Notes: generated by a model not told the origin, from the letters alone. 64,000 nucleotides of DNA from Ignavibacteriota bacterium (GCA_963727825.1 CAVSHO010000009.1:448001-512000); one strand, 5' to 3'. Shown: positions 10,664 to 20,622, counted from the stretch's first letter. A program made the numbers and translations.

Positions 10664-10790
10664 AATGTATTTATATAGTAGCAGTTCCCCCCAATAGCTA
10701 CAGGAAAACTCATTAATGTTATGATCACAAAAAGATATCCGCATTACATTGTGCTTACCATATTGATTGTCAGGATTTCTAAACGACCAC

Positions 10791-10828
10791 ATAGATCTTT
10801 GTGTTCCCTAAAATCGGATTTCCATCAT
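10791..10828 (-). pseudogene. 5' remnant of an MBL-fold metallohydrolase gene
   Basis: ATGA overlap with the regulator stop; reads M-M-E-I-R-F-*-G-T-Q-R-S, matching the 'MxIRFWGTRGS' N-terminus with TGG>TAG. Confidence 0.5.
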
Positions 10829-11223
10829 GGTTGACTCGCTCGATCATTCATATGTTCGATTGCGATTTTAAGAAGCTCCTTATAAGAAAATGGTTTTACA
10901 ACATACGAATCAGCACCAAGTTCCATAGCCATATCTATATCCGGTTTATAAGCTTTCCCCGATATAATAATAATTGCAGTGTGTCGTATACTTGAATTAG
11001 CACGAAGCATCTTGCAAACTTCAAATCCGTGAAGTCCTTCCATTATAATGTCGAGAATGATGACATTAGGAGGATTCATCAATGCCATGTGGACTCCCTC
11101 GCTGCCTTCGCTGGCAAGTGCAACATCGAAACCCTCGCGCTCGAAAACAACCTGTAAAAAACGTCGAAGCGTTGGATCGTTATCAATAATCAATACTTTA
11201 GGTTTTTGTTCAGCCGTGTCCAT
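10825..11223 (-). CDS. Single-domain response regulator (receiver)
   Basis: 'VLIIDND', 'ILDIIME', 'G.DSYVVKPF' receiver motifs. Confidence 0.9.
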   Translation of the reverse strand: MDTAEQKPKVLIIDNDPTLRRFLQVVFEREGFDVALASEGSEGVHMALMNPPNVIILDIIMEGLHGFEVCKMLRANSSIRHTAIIIISGKAYKPDIDMAMELGADSYVVKPFSYKELLKIAIEHMNDRASQP

Positions 11224-11334
11224 GAACTAATTTTTCTGCTCTTGTTTGAAATAAATTTTATTATACTATTTAGATTCTCTTATGATACTGCCTTAATCTT
11301 AAACAGCGACCAGCAGTGCTAAGATATTCTATTC

Positions 11335-13437
11335 TTACCTTAATTGCATTAACAAATACGAATATGCAAGTGCATTTTCAAATGCTTTCTGCTTATTCGT
11401 AACTCCGGCAGAATGACCTCCCTCGGTATTTTCATAATAATAAAATGGAATTTTCATTGACTCAAGTTTTGCGGCCATTTTTCTTGCATGACCAGGATGT
11501 ACACGATCATCGCGAGTTGAAGTCATTAATAATATCTTTGGATATTTTTTATCAACTGATATATTTTGATATGGCGAGTATTTTCCGATATATGCCCACT
11601 CATCGGGAATATCAGGATTACCATACTCAGCCATCCAACTTGCACCGGCTAATAATTTATTGTAGCGTTTCATATCAAGTAAAGGCACCTGACAGACTAC
11701 CGCGCCGTAAAGATCCGGCCTTTGAGTGTAAACAGAACCAACAAGTAGTCCACCATTACTCCCCCCTTGGATACCGAGATGTTTTGTGGACGTAATCTTT
11801 CTTGCGATCAAATCCTCAGATACAGCAATCATATCTTCGTTTACTTTCTGCCGATTCTCTTTAATGGCTGATAGATGCCATTTGGGCCCAAACTCGCCGC
11901 CTCCACGCAGGTTAGCATAGGCATAAACTCCACCTCTTTCTAACCAAGCGGTACCGAGAATACCTGAATAAGATGGCAATAAAGAAATCTCAAATCCCCC
12001 ATAAGAATAAAGTAAGGTGGGATTAGATCCGTCAAGTTTGACCTCCTTCTTGTGGACAAGAAAATAGGGAATATGTGTTCCATCCTTGGAAATAGCCTCA
12101 AACTGCTGGACTTCATATTTGCTACCGTCAAAGAATTCTGGTAAGCTTTTTACTTTCTGAATTTTATTATCATCCGAAGCAAAATAAAGACTCGTTGGCA
12201 CAAGAAAACCTGTATACGTAAAGAAATATTGATCCGATAATTCGTCAGTTGATGATATATTAATCGTGCCATAATCGGGAATTTCGACTTTATTGCCAAT
12301 CCATTTCCCATCTTTCAAATTATATTTATATAATTCACTGCAAACATTATTCAACTGATTTACAAGCAGATAGTTTTTCGTGTTTGAGACTGAGATAATA
12401 CTTGTGCGTTCTCCTGGTTTCCATATTATATCAAAATTCCGGTCCACTTTTAAAAATTTATCATAATCAATGCTAATAAGAGCACCTTGCGGATAAATTT
12501 TACCGCCAACATTCCATTCAGTTTTAAGTTCCAGCAACATTTGATTTTTAAAGATTCCATCAAATTGGGCATCGTCTTGAATATCAAGCTTAATCAGTTT
12601 ATCGTTTTCGATCGCGTAAACATACGCAGTATAAAATGTTATTCCTCTTTGCACAAAATCATAATTTCTTTCTGGAGTATAAATTGTATATGCAGAGACG
12701 GATACATCTTTGACTTCTCCTTCGAATATTGTCTTGGCTTCGCTCAAAGGAGTTCCCCTGTTCCATATTTTTGCAATTCTTGGATATCCTGATTCTGTAA
12801 GAGAACCTTCTCCATAGTTAGTCATAACAAACAATGTATTTTGATCTTTCCATGAGGTTTCACTTTTTGCTTCAGGAAGGGAAAAACCGTCTTTAACAAA
12901 TTGTTTAGCGGTAAGATCGAATTCACGTTTTATATCTGCATCACCACCGCCGCGAGATAGTGAAACTATACAACGATCAAAATTAGGATATAAAAAACTG
13001 GCTCCGTGAAAAACCCACTTCTCATTTTCCGATTTCGAAAGTGTGTCTATATCAAGTATCACTTCCCAATTGGGAGATTCTTTAAAATACTCATTTAATG
13101 TCGTTCTACGCCAAATCCCGCGTTCGTTTTTCTCATCCTGCCAGAAATTATAAATGTAATTACCCCGGATACTGGGCGAGGCGATCCGATCTTTAGAATT
13201 ATATATCTCTAAATTCCTTTTATTAATTTCTTGAAACACAGGATACTTCTCTAATATTGCAAGTGTTGTAATGTTCTGTGCTTTTACCCAATCAAGAGCC
13301 TTGGTACCATCAATCTCTTCAAGCCAAAGATATGGGTCATTTATTTCTTGTGCGTTTATACTTTTAGACATACAAAAAAGAATTATGAATGTAGTAAATA
13401 TAAAAAGTCGATTTTTCATATTTGTAAATCCTTTCAT
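11335..13437 (-). CDS. Prolyl oligopeptidase (S9A), secreted
   Basis: 'DPYLWLEE', 'YGGF', 'NLRGGGEFG', catalytic 'GGSNGG', 'DDRVHP', 'EGGH'; signal peptide (start may be 13419). Confidence 0.95.
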   Translation of the reverse strand: MKGFTNMKNRLFIFTTFIILFCMSKSINAQEINDPYLWLEEIDGTKALDWVKAQNITTLAILEKYPVFQEINKRNLEIYNSKDRIASPSIRGNYIYNFWQDEKNERGIWRRTTLNEYFKESPNWEVILDIDTLSKSENEKWVFHGASFLYPNFDRCIVSLSRGGGDADIKREFDLTAKQFVKDGFSLPEAKSETSWKDQNTLFVMTNYGEGSLTESGYPRIAKIWNRGTPLSEAKTIFEGEVKDVSVSAYTIYTPERNYDFVQRGITFYTAYVYAIENDKLIKLDIQDDAQFDGIFKNQMLLELKTEWNVGGKIYPQGALISIDYDKFLKVDRNFDIIWKPGERTSIISVSNTKNYLLVNQLNNVCSELYKYNLKDGKWIGNKVEIPDYGTINISSTDELSDQYFFTYTGFLVPTSLYFASDDNKIQKVKSLPEFFDGSKYEVQQFEAISKDGTHIPYFLVHKKEVKLDGSNPTLLYSYGGFEISLLPSYSGILGTAWLERGGVYAYANLRGGGEFGPKWHLSAIKENRQKVNEDMIAVSEDLIARKITSTKHLGIQGGSNGGLLVGSVYTQRPDLYGAVVCQVPLLDMKRYNKLLAGASWMAEYGNPDIPDEWAYIGKYSPYQNISVDKKYPKILLMTSTRDDRVHPGHARKMAAKLESMKIPFYYYENTEGGHSAGVTNKQKAFENALAYSYLLMQLR

Positions 13438-13744
13438 TGAGGGGATTACTTGATCCTTCTATCTTTTGACCATTGAGAGATGGGCCACCATTGCATTTTC
13501 TTCAGGACTAATTCTCTGTTGCGCATTGCTGTAAACGGCATTTACTGCATAGGAGCAGTGTTACATCGAAAGATCGTAAAGAGCATTCTGCATGTTGTCC
13601 AAATGGTCTTTCTCAAAAAAGCAGGAGAATCATTTTTCCATTTATTAGTGTATACCATCTGCATATAGGATTAAGCTAATGATTTAAGTGATTGATTTCG
13701 TTCCATCGGCTTGTCCCAAATGAATCTCTTCAGGAAGCAGCCTG

Positions 13745-13751
13745 GTTAGGC
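13745..13751 (-). repeat. attC R''-like box (GCCTAAC), truncated
   Basis: GCCTAAC 10 nt after the stop of the DUF3592-like gene; no partner arm found. Confidence 0.35.
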
Positions 13752-13761
13752 TGCCCTTGAT

Positions 13762-14166
13762 TCAAGTTTCCACATCTTCATCACGTCCAAAGATTTTTGG
13801 ATATAGAGGATAAAGGAACCAGGATATAGATAGGAAAATCAGGATGACTGGATAAATCCAATTATTGTTGCTCCATTGTGCTTTGGCTGGAGATAACGGA
13901 TCATATAGAACAGAAACCGTCCTTCCCATAGTCATTCCACCATGTTTTGGAATACGCTCATTGATTTGAAACGTTTGACCTTCAACATTATACTGAATAG
14001 TGAAGTAATGATCGCCAATTGCCACTACTTGTCCCTGTGTTTCGTCCGCCATTATGGCAAAGCTCAAATAATCCCATAGAAGGTATATACCAAGAACAAA
14101 TCCAATAGTTGACGTAATAATTATAAACGCAGATTTTGGGTCACGTAGACTTTGGAGGATGTTCAT
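13762..14166 (-). CDS. DUF3592-like membrane protein (cassette-like gene)
   Basis: Two TM helices flanking 'G.V.....I.Y.V.GQ.F....G..VSVLYDP..P..A'. The ATG at 14166 has a GAGG RBS; the longer ORF call to 14331 runs into the repeat. Confidence 0.75.
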   Translation of the reverse strand: MNILQSLRDPKSAFIIITSTIGFVLGIYLLWDYLSFAIMADETQGQVVAIGDHYFTIQYNVEGQTFQINERIPKHGGMTMGRTVSVLYDPLSPAKAQWSNNNWIYPVILIFLSISWFLYPLYPKIFGRDEDVET

Positions 14167-14306
14167 TTGAATCCTCGTATTATGATAAACGAGATTACAT
14201 TTGATCGTGAAGTTGCTCAACACCACCATGCCAATATAACGTGGTTGCGTTGCCGCATCGATAACTTTTGGCATAGCCACGGCTTCGCCGCAAAATGCAC
14301 AACACG

Positions 14307-14399
14307 GCCTAAGCCAATTGAACACTCGCATCTGGAGAATTTTATTTACTTGTCCGAAGGACCCCTTCGGGGGCTCTTCCTTACTTACAATGGTTAGGC
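14307..14399 (-). repeat. attC-like imperfect palindrome (93 bp)
   Basis: Minus strand GCCTAACCATTG...CAATTGGCTTAGGC with bulged bases and an internal CCGAAGG/CCTTCGG hairpin; starts 16 nt after the lipoprotein stop. Confidence 0.45.
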
Positions 14400-14415
14400 G
14401 CCACCTATGAACTTT

Positions 14416-14859
14416 TTATTTGTTTTGGGCTTCTTTCTTGTTATACGCAACGATAACATCACGCGATTTGACAACGGCTATTTGAACTTTGTCAATTGCA
14501 TTCTTGAGCAAGTCAATATTGGCTTCCAACTTCTTCGCCATCTCATCAGAGTCATTCAGAAGCTTAGGCTGCATTCCTTCATCTTCGCTTGCTTTGAATG
14601 CTGCCGTAATCAGTCCTTGGATAGCATGTACATCACTTGCCATACCCATAGCAATTGGGTCCCGACGGTTAGCGATTACTTCGATCTGCCAGGCTACCTT
14701 GCTTAATTCGACCATTTGCGAATAGTATTGTTGTTGCATTTGGAATAATTCCAGCTGTAATGCCCCAACCTTTTTGATCTGTTCATTCGACTTACCACAG
14801 CCTGATAGTGTAAAGGCCACTACCAAACAGATTATTGAAAAAGTAATAGCTGGTTTCAT
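14416..14859 (-). CDS. Hypothetical lipoprotein (coiled-coil)
   Basis: GGAG RBS, signal peptide with 'LSGC' lipobox, heptad-like helical body. Confidence 0.8.
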   Translation of the reverse strand: MKPAITFSIICLVVAFTLSGCGKSNEQIKKVGALQLELFQMQQQYYSQMVELSKVAWQIEVIANRRDPIAMGMASDVHAIQGLITAAFKASEDEGMQPKLLNDSDEMAKKLEANIDLLKNAIDKVQIAVVKSRDVIVAYNKKEAQNK

Positions 14860-15067
14860 GGCGTCTCCATTAAATTATTGAATGATATGATGAATTTGTA
14901 AACCAATTATTTATTGTAGTACTTAACGTAATCAAGCTCATTCTGTAGATATGAGTTACAGATGAGGGCGTTGGATCAAAAAATGATAGCAGCGATAAAA
15001 CGAATTGCCTATCAGAAGATGATCCATTTCAAACTTAGTAAAAAGAATAATATGAATCAAAAGAGAC

Positions 15068-15100
15068 AAATAAAAACGCCCGATCAGGAGACCGGGCGTT
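15068..15100 (-). terminator. Intrinsic terminator of the CTD-protein gene
   Basis: AACGCCCG/CGGGCGTT stem followed by a T-rich tail on the minus strand. Confidence 0.75.
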
Positions 15101-15171
15101 AACAGTTCATGGTTTATAAATTCGGAATTATTATCCTTAAATACACGGGAATAATACAAACCATTGGTAAC

Positions 15172-16851
15172 TTATTTCATCAGAATCATTTTCTTCGTGG
15201 CTGTAAACGACCCTGATTGCATTTTGCAAAAATAAATTCCGCTGCCTACATTTATTGCATTCCAAGTTGCAGAATATGAACCTGCTTGTTTTACTCCGTT
15301 CACCAAGGTCGCAACTTCTCGTCCCAAAATATCATAAATTTTAATCGATACAAAGCCAGCTTTACTTATATCATACGTAAAGTTGGTAGTCGGATTAAAT
15401 GGATTGGGATAATTTTGAAGTAGTCGATATTCCGAAGGTATTACTTGGGAATGAGATTGCACACTTGTTGCTATGGGTATTCCCCACCACATAAGTGAAC
15501 CAACCGGTTGACCACCAGTTGCTGCGGTATAGATCGATGCAGTTATTGGATATTTGCAATCAAGTGTATCTGTCAGGTAAACGTAACCCCTACGATCCAT
15601 ATCAGGGGCTGCTGTGTTATTCACTTTGGTTTTATTAGCACCGGACGGAGACCTGTAATAAGCCATCGTGCCAGTCATCAACGCAGGTATGTTGTTCACA
15701 TCAGCCGTTGTTGCCTGGAAGGCAGTAAGGGAATCTGTGCCTATTTTTTTACTAATGTGCCAAGGTAATGGAGATGGCAATTTAAGGACTGGATTTGCGC
15801 CTGCGTTAGTCCACCAAGTTTGTTCGGATGTTGTAATGCGATAATAATTATTCTTTATTGTCCAAGTTGTTGGCACTGTTGCGATTGCTGAGTCTGGGAA
15901 AGCATTAACTATTGTCATTCTTGCTAGTCCATTCAATGGATTATTCTCACCATTGTCTCCCATTTCGGCTTGACGTACAGCATCCGTATCATCTCCATAT
16001 GCCCAAGGATTAACAAATAAATTATTCGTAATGCTAAATTTCCCTGACGTGTGACCAAAAGACAACATTCCATGGAATGCTGCTGAATTGACGCAGGTAT
16101 TATGATCGAACTTCATGAATTTTATATTTGCAGTGCTGCTATAGTGACGAATAATACGATCTTGATTGTTTATAAACGTATTGTTCTGAAGAATCAACGA
16201 GTCAACCGATCCATTGCGGCAATCAACTGCTCTTCCGTTGCCGAGATCAGAATATAAGCGAGACCCCATATTTGCAAAAATTGAGTTTGTTATTTGCACA
16301 ACTCGTGGAGCACTGTTTAGACGAAGGATACCTTGACCGCAATTTGTTATAATACAACTATCGATTGTGATGTTAAATCCAGGAGCAGTATTGAGAAGTA
16401 TTTCTTCAAATAATGTACCAAGCATTGTCGAACCTACTGTTTCATCATATCCACTAATTTCTAGATTCGACAACCAAACATTTCCTGCTATTTGGACTAA
16501 ATCTGAGACCTGAGTACCCGAGGAGCCCAATTTTAAGAAAATTGCAGCCGGATATCCGGATTTACCCTTGACAAAAGTACCATAAGACGATCTCATTCTT
16601 AATGTCCAGCCAACATTGTTAATATATGAATTTGCATAATATGCAGCATCTCGAGCCAGTACGTATGTTGTGGCGTCGGCAGTGCCGCGGCCTACTGAGT
16701 CAGCGGCTATGTATTCGTTCAAATATTTGCCCGACGCCGCGTATGTGGGCACATTGACAATACGGGCTGTTTGTGCATCAGCAATATAACTGAGGGCCGG
16801 CAATAAACAAATAATTGCAAAGACAATAAAACCATAGAATAATTGTTTCAT
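15172..16851 (-). CDS. Secreted protein with T9SS-type C-terminal sorting domain, probable beta-helix body
   Basis: ATG 16851 with GGAGG RBS and signal peptide; Asn/Ile-rich repeats ('ITNSIFAN', 'LQNNTFIN', 'FDHNTCVN', 'ITNNLFVN'); C-terminus 'YRLLQNYPNPFNPTT...SGIYF...KKMILMK'. Confidence 0.85.
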   Translation of the reverse strand: MKQLFYGFIVFAIICLLPALSYIADAQTARIVNVPTYAASGKYLNEYIAADSVGRGTADATTYVLARDAAYYANSYINNVGWTLRMRSSYGTFVKGKSGYPAAIFLKLGSSGTQVSDLVQIAGNVWLSNLEISGYDETVGSTMLGTLFEEILLNTAPGFNITIDSCIITNCGQGILRLNSAPRVVQITNSIFANMGSRLYSDLGNGRAVDCRNGSVDSLILQNNTFINNQDRIIRHYSSTANIKFMKFDHNTCVNSAAFHGMLSFGHTSGKFSITNNLFVNPWAYGDDTDAVRQAEMGDNGENNPLNGLARMTIVNAFPDSAIATVPTTWTIKNNYYRITTSEQTWWTNAGANPVLKLPSPLPWHISKKIGTDSLTAFQATTADVNNIPALMTGTMAYYRSPSGANKTKVNNTAAPDMDRRGYVYLTDTLDCKYPITASIYTAATGGQPVGSLMWWGIPIATSVQSHSQVIPSEYRLLQNYPNPFNPTTNFTYDISKAGFVSIKIYDILGREVATLVNGVKQAGSYSATWNAINVGSGIYFCKMQSGSFTATKKMILMK

Positions 16852-17064
16852 TGTTACATCCTCCTGATATTGATTGATTAATGAATAATTTATTAAGTTA
16901 CTTGCACTCCTAAATCTGCCGTCAAACCAAATTTTTCCCCTCCTATAATTCTTTTCTCTGTAGAACAGAACCATAGAATAATTATTCCATTGTAAAATCC
17001 TCCAGTTAATTATTTATGAATGAATTAGAAAGTTACCTGCACTCCTAAATCTGCCGTTAAACCA
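16829..17064. repeat. Degenerate direct duplication (~100 bp x2) of the TonB-receptor end / CTD-gene start junction
   Basis: Copies at 16829-16929 and 16969-17064 share accatagaataatt, atcctcc and aagttac(c/t)tgcactcctaaatctgccgt(c/t)aaacca. Confidence 0.85.
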
Positions 17065-20063
17065 TAGTTATCATTATGATACGGAAGTTCCAATCCCGTA
17101 ATTCTATTCTTTACAGAGGTGCCCTCATCGGCATTCGTTAAATTATTTATATTGAGCACCACGGCAATATAACTTGCAAATTGTTGTTTGAGCGATAGAT
17201 CCCATTTAGTTAAACTATTAGTGACGATATCAGTTCTTCCATCAGCCGAGTATTGGCTTGTATATGCACCCTGGAAAAAGAGAGAAATACGCGCAGAAAA
17301 ACCGCCGATATCATAGCCAAGCGCTGCATTGCCAAAGAATTCTGGTTGTCCTTCTAATTTTTGTTTTGAATCAAAATATCTCGGCACCAGGCTTGCTGTA
17401 TAAGTAGTTTAACCTCTAAAAGTTGTCGGTAGCCAAACCGTATCGTCGTTCACAAACGCTCGGATATAGGTTTCTGAATGAATAAGCGAAAGGTTATATG
17501 ATATAACAAAATTCTTTAACAGGCCTGGAAGAAAATTCGTGTTAAATTGATGGGTGATTTCGAAGCCCCATACGCGTGTCGATTGTGAAGAACTATATGG
17601 ATAGAAGAGATAATAAGATACTGTCGAGTTGAATGGATCTTGCCATTTTATCCCTACACTATCAAGATACTTTTGTCCATTTTGTGTAATGGCACCATCT
17701 ACTTGCATTTCACTTGCATAATGAAACATATCTTTAATCTCTTTATAAAAAGCAGAGATGGTAAACAATCCTATATCGTTGCCAAAAAAAGATGCGTTAA
17801 CTTCATAATTCCATGCTTTTGCATCAGGGAGATCTGGGTCACCCGCCACTATCGATGTTCCATACTGCGCTGGAACGCCCTTAGGTAAATCTGAGGCTGA
17901 AGTTCTTGCGAGGAATTGATTCAACCTGTAATTGAAATCGGGCCTTGCCAATGCTCTATAGGCGGCAAGACGTACATTCATGAAATCGGCCGGTTTCAAG
18001 GTTAATTGTGCATTCGGGAGCCAAATATTTTCTGTGTGTGCGGCAGTTGTATCGCTTAAAATGCCCCTAACAGTAGGATACCCTGTTAGCGCTGTTTTCG
18101 AATATTCCGAAGTGTAGTTATCATTTTCAGATTCTACTCTAACACCCAGGATGAGGGTAGTCGTTTGTCCGATATTCAAAGTATTCATGAGATAACCGGC
18201 TGAGACTTGTTCTTCAATATTATAGCCCTCAGCGCCTATCTCATCATCCGGTGTATATTCGCTTAAAGAACCGTTAATTCCATTTTTATTAATGTTCCAC
18301 CATGCACGTAAATCATTATCGTTGATCAAGGGATAAAGTAGATCTCCGTTATAAAGAGTCCGTGATGGCGGTATGGGGTCTAGAAAATATGTAAGGAGTA
18401 CTTTAGAACCTTGTGTGAGATTATCATTTTGAAAAGGTGTTCCTGAAAAATTCTTTGGCCCTAATGTTGAATTTAAATATACTCCAAACTGCTCATAATT
18501 CGCAGTTAATTGACTCTCATCTTTTGATCGATCCTTGTCTCTATATTTTCCCCCAAACTTTATTTCACCAGACAATTCATTTCCGATAGTATATTGATCA
18601 CTCAAATCAAGATGTGCAGTCTTTTCTTTATCAAGATTTGCTTCTTGAGTGTAATATGACCATACCATATATGCTGCTTGAAAATTATTAAGAGCATACT
18701 GAATGTACGTGTTTGCCGGTCCTTTTGGATATTGTCCAGGGATCTGAGCCATTCCTGAAGTGGCAACACCTCCGGAGCTTGCACTTGGTTCATAGAAATC
18801 ACAATAAAAGTCATAAGGATAATCAGATTTGGATTGAGAGAAAGAAACTCCCCATTCTGCAGTAATACCAAACAAATGATTTTTTCCGCTAATAGAGCTG
18901 TTAAAATTTGAAGTTTCTTGTTGTTGATCTCTAAGAAAATACAAGGGACCAAGGGTCGCATCAGTTGGGTAATTTCTACTATCGGTAGTAAAATCTCGAG
19001 TAGTTTTATTATAGATGTTGCTAATTTTTATGGATCCATTGTCCGGAGTGTTTATATCAAAAATTACGCTGCCACCCTCTCTTTTTCTCGTTTCATCGAC
19101 ATATTGCAGTGTTAAATTTTTCAACGTGTAATCTGTGTAATTGCTGGGCGAAAAATCATATGTCAAATCAGTGCTTTCGGCGCTTCTATCTCTCTGTTCA
19201 AGGTTGCCGGATAGCTGCACACCAAGCACATCATTAAAAAATCGTTCGCCATACTTTGCAGAAAAATCATATTGGTTTAGTGTTTTATTGAGTTTCTCAT
19301 AAGCGCCTTTCGCATTTATTTGGACGGATCGTTCTGCCGGCGCGTTTGGTGTTATGAGATTTACTGAACCAGCTATAGCATCTGCATCTTTATCCGGTGT
19401 TAATGCTTTATAAAGTTCTATACCGGCTAATGAACCTTGAGACATCATGCTAAGGTCAACACCTCTGGCATCCGCCTCGGTTGCGGGTACTCTGACGCCA
19501 TCTAAAGTAACAGTGCTGAATCCGGCACTCATACCTCGCAGAACAATTGTGGTCGCTTCACCGCCTGAACGCTGTAATGCAACACCAGGCAAACGTCCTA
19601 TAGCTTCTGCGGCATTTGCGTCTGGCAATTCTTTAATCTTCTCTGTTGAAACAACATTGACCATAGTATTTGCCGTAAGCTGCTGGTTTATAGCTGCTTG
19701 TTGACCACGTGCTTGTCCGGTAACAACAACCTCTTCACCTTGGATAACCGTTGGCTTCAATTGGAATTTTCTTGATGCTTCCTGCTTTATGGAAAAATCA
19801 ATTTTGCTGATCAATGGCTCATAACCAACACATGATATTTTTACATCAAAGGTACGTTCAGGGATTCCGAAGATTAGAAATTTACCATCGATATCCGTTG
19901 CCCCACCTATGGATGTACCTTGTATAGTCACGTTTACTCCAATTAACGGCTCATTATTTGAAGCATCTGTTACGGTACCTTTTAAGGTTGCTTGTCCAAA
20001 TGCGATTATCGGGACAAAGACTGTAAGGAACAGAATTCTTTTTAAAGAGTATAATACTGGCAT
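17025..20063 (-). CDS. TonB-dependent receptor with N-terminal carboxypeptidase-regulatory-like domain; interrupted by one in-frame TAA at 17409-17411
   Basis: 'LKGTVTDA...PLIGVNV', plug 'LPDANAAEAIGRLPGV', 'DAIAGSVNL', barrel 'LARPDF'. ORF 17025-17387 is in the same frame after the stop and ends in an outer-membrane C-terminal Phe (DLGVQVTF). Start 20063 has an AAGGAG RBS. Confidence 0.9.
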
Positions 20064-20147
20064 AGTGCACCACTCCTTATTATAATTGATCACAATATTG
20101 GATTTCTTTAAACGACAGGCAGATGTGAACAGTTTTTTGTTTCTCAT

Positions 20148-20199
20148 CTTGTATGATATCTTACAAGGTGAATTTATATATTATTTATTAACCTGTCAA
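20148..20199 (-). promoter_or_regulatory. sigma70 promoter with a downstream palindromic operator for the TonB receptor operon
   Basis: TTGACA (20199-20194), 17 nt, TAAATT (20176-20171); 20-bp near-perfect palindrome CTTGTATGATATCTTACAAG at 20148-20167 covering the expected start site. Confidence 0.6.
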
Positions 20200-20300
20200 G
20201 CAAAATCCTTTCGTTTAGATATCTGAACAATACTATATATTCAATCGTCTTTTAAAAAGGACAATGTCAGATGAGAAATTGACAATAGATTCTTTTTCAA

Positions 20301-20498
20301 TTGGTGCATGAAACACCCCTTCTACATTTATTAAACACTTCTGCTGCTCTTACTTCGTAGAAATGCCGCTCGCGTAACATGATGCGGTCAATGCATAATA
20401 TTACGCACTTCAGTATTTTAAAAACTTTAATGAAAGAAGGGGTGTACCAGGATGAATAACACTATCATAAATGGATGTCACCTTCATCGATGCACCAA
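20301..20498 (-). ncRNA. Candidate structured RNA (or MITE-like fold-back element), family unrecognised
   Basis: Five nested helices visible by eye; G-U wobbles favour the minus strand (see findings). Confidence 0.35.
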
Positions 20499-20622
20499 GA
20501 GTTGCAATTCATCTTAACCAATGCTCATTATAGTAAGACAATTGAGCTTGAAGAACTCCCTATGGAGATGGATCAACAATGTGAGATTTATTGAAGGCGT
20601 TAGTTAGACGCAAAACCCTTTA

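Noticed and set aside
13450-13740. Possible gene fragment (..SYAVNAVYSNAQQRISPEENAMVAHLSMVKR*) on the minus strand
   Set aside because: No start context or recognisable family; it cannot be supported beyond being possible debris.
17409-17411. Stop-codon recoding (selenocysteine, pyrrolysine or alternative code) in the TonB receptor
   Set aside because: The codon is TAA, and all three stops terminate genes normally elsewhere in the window.
20603-20609. GTCTAAC on the minus strand as another attC box
   Set aside because: No L box or partner arm; it lies in the continuation of the sigma-factor remnant.
20200-20620. Cobalamin or TPP riboswitch upstream of the TonB receptor
   Set aside because: Conserved B12-box and TPP core motifs are absent; the structure is reported as unclassified instead.
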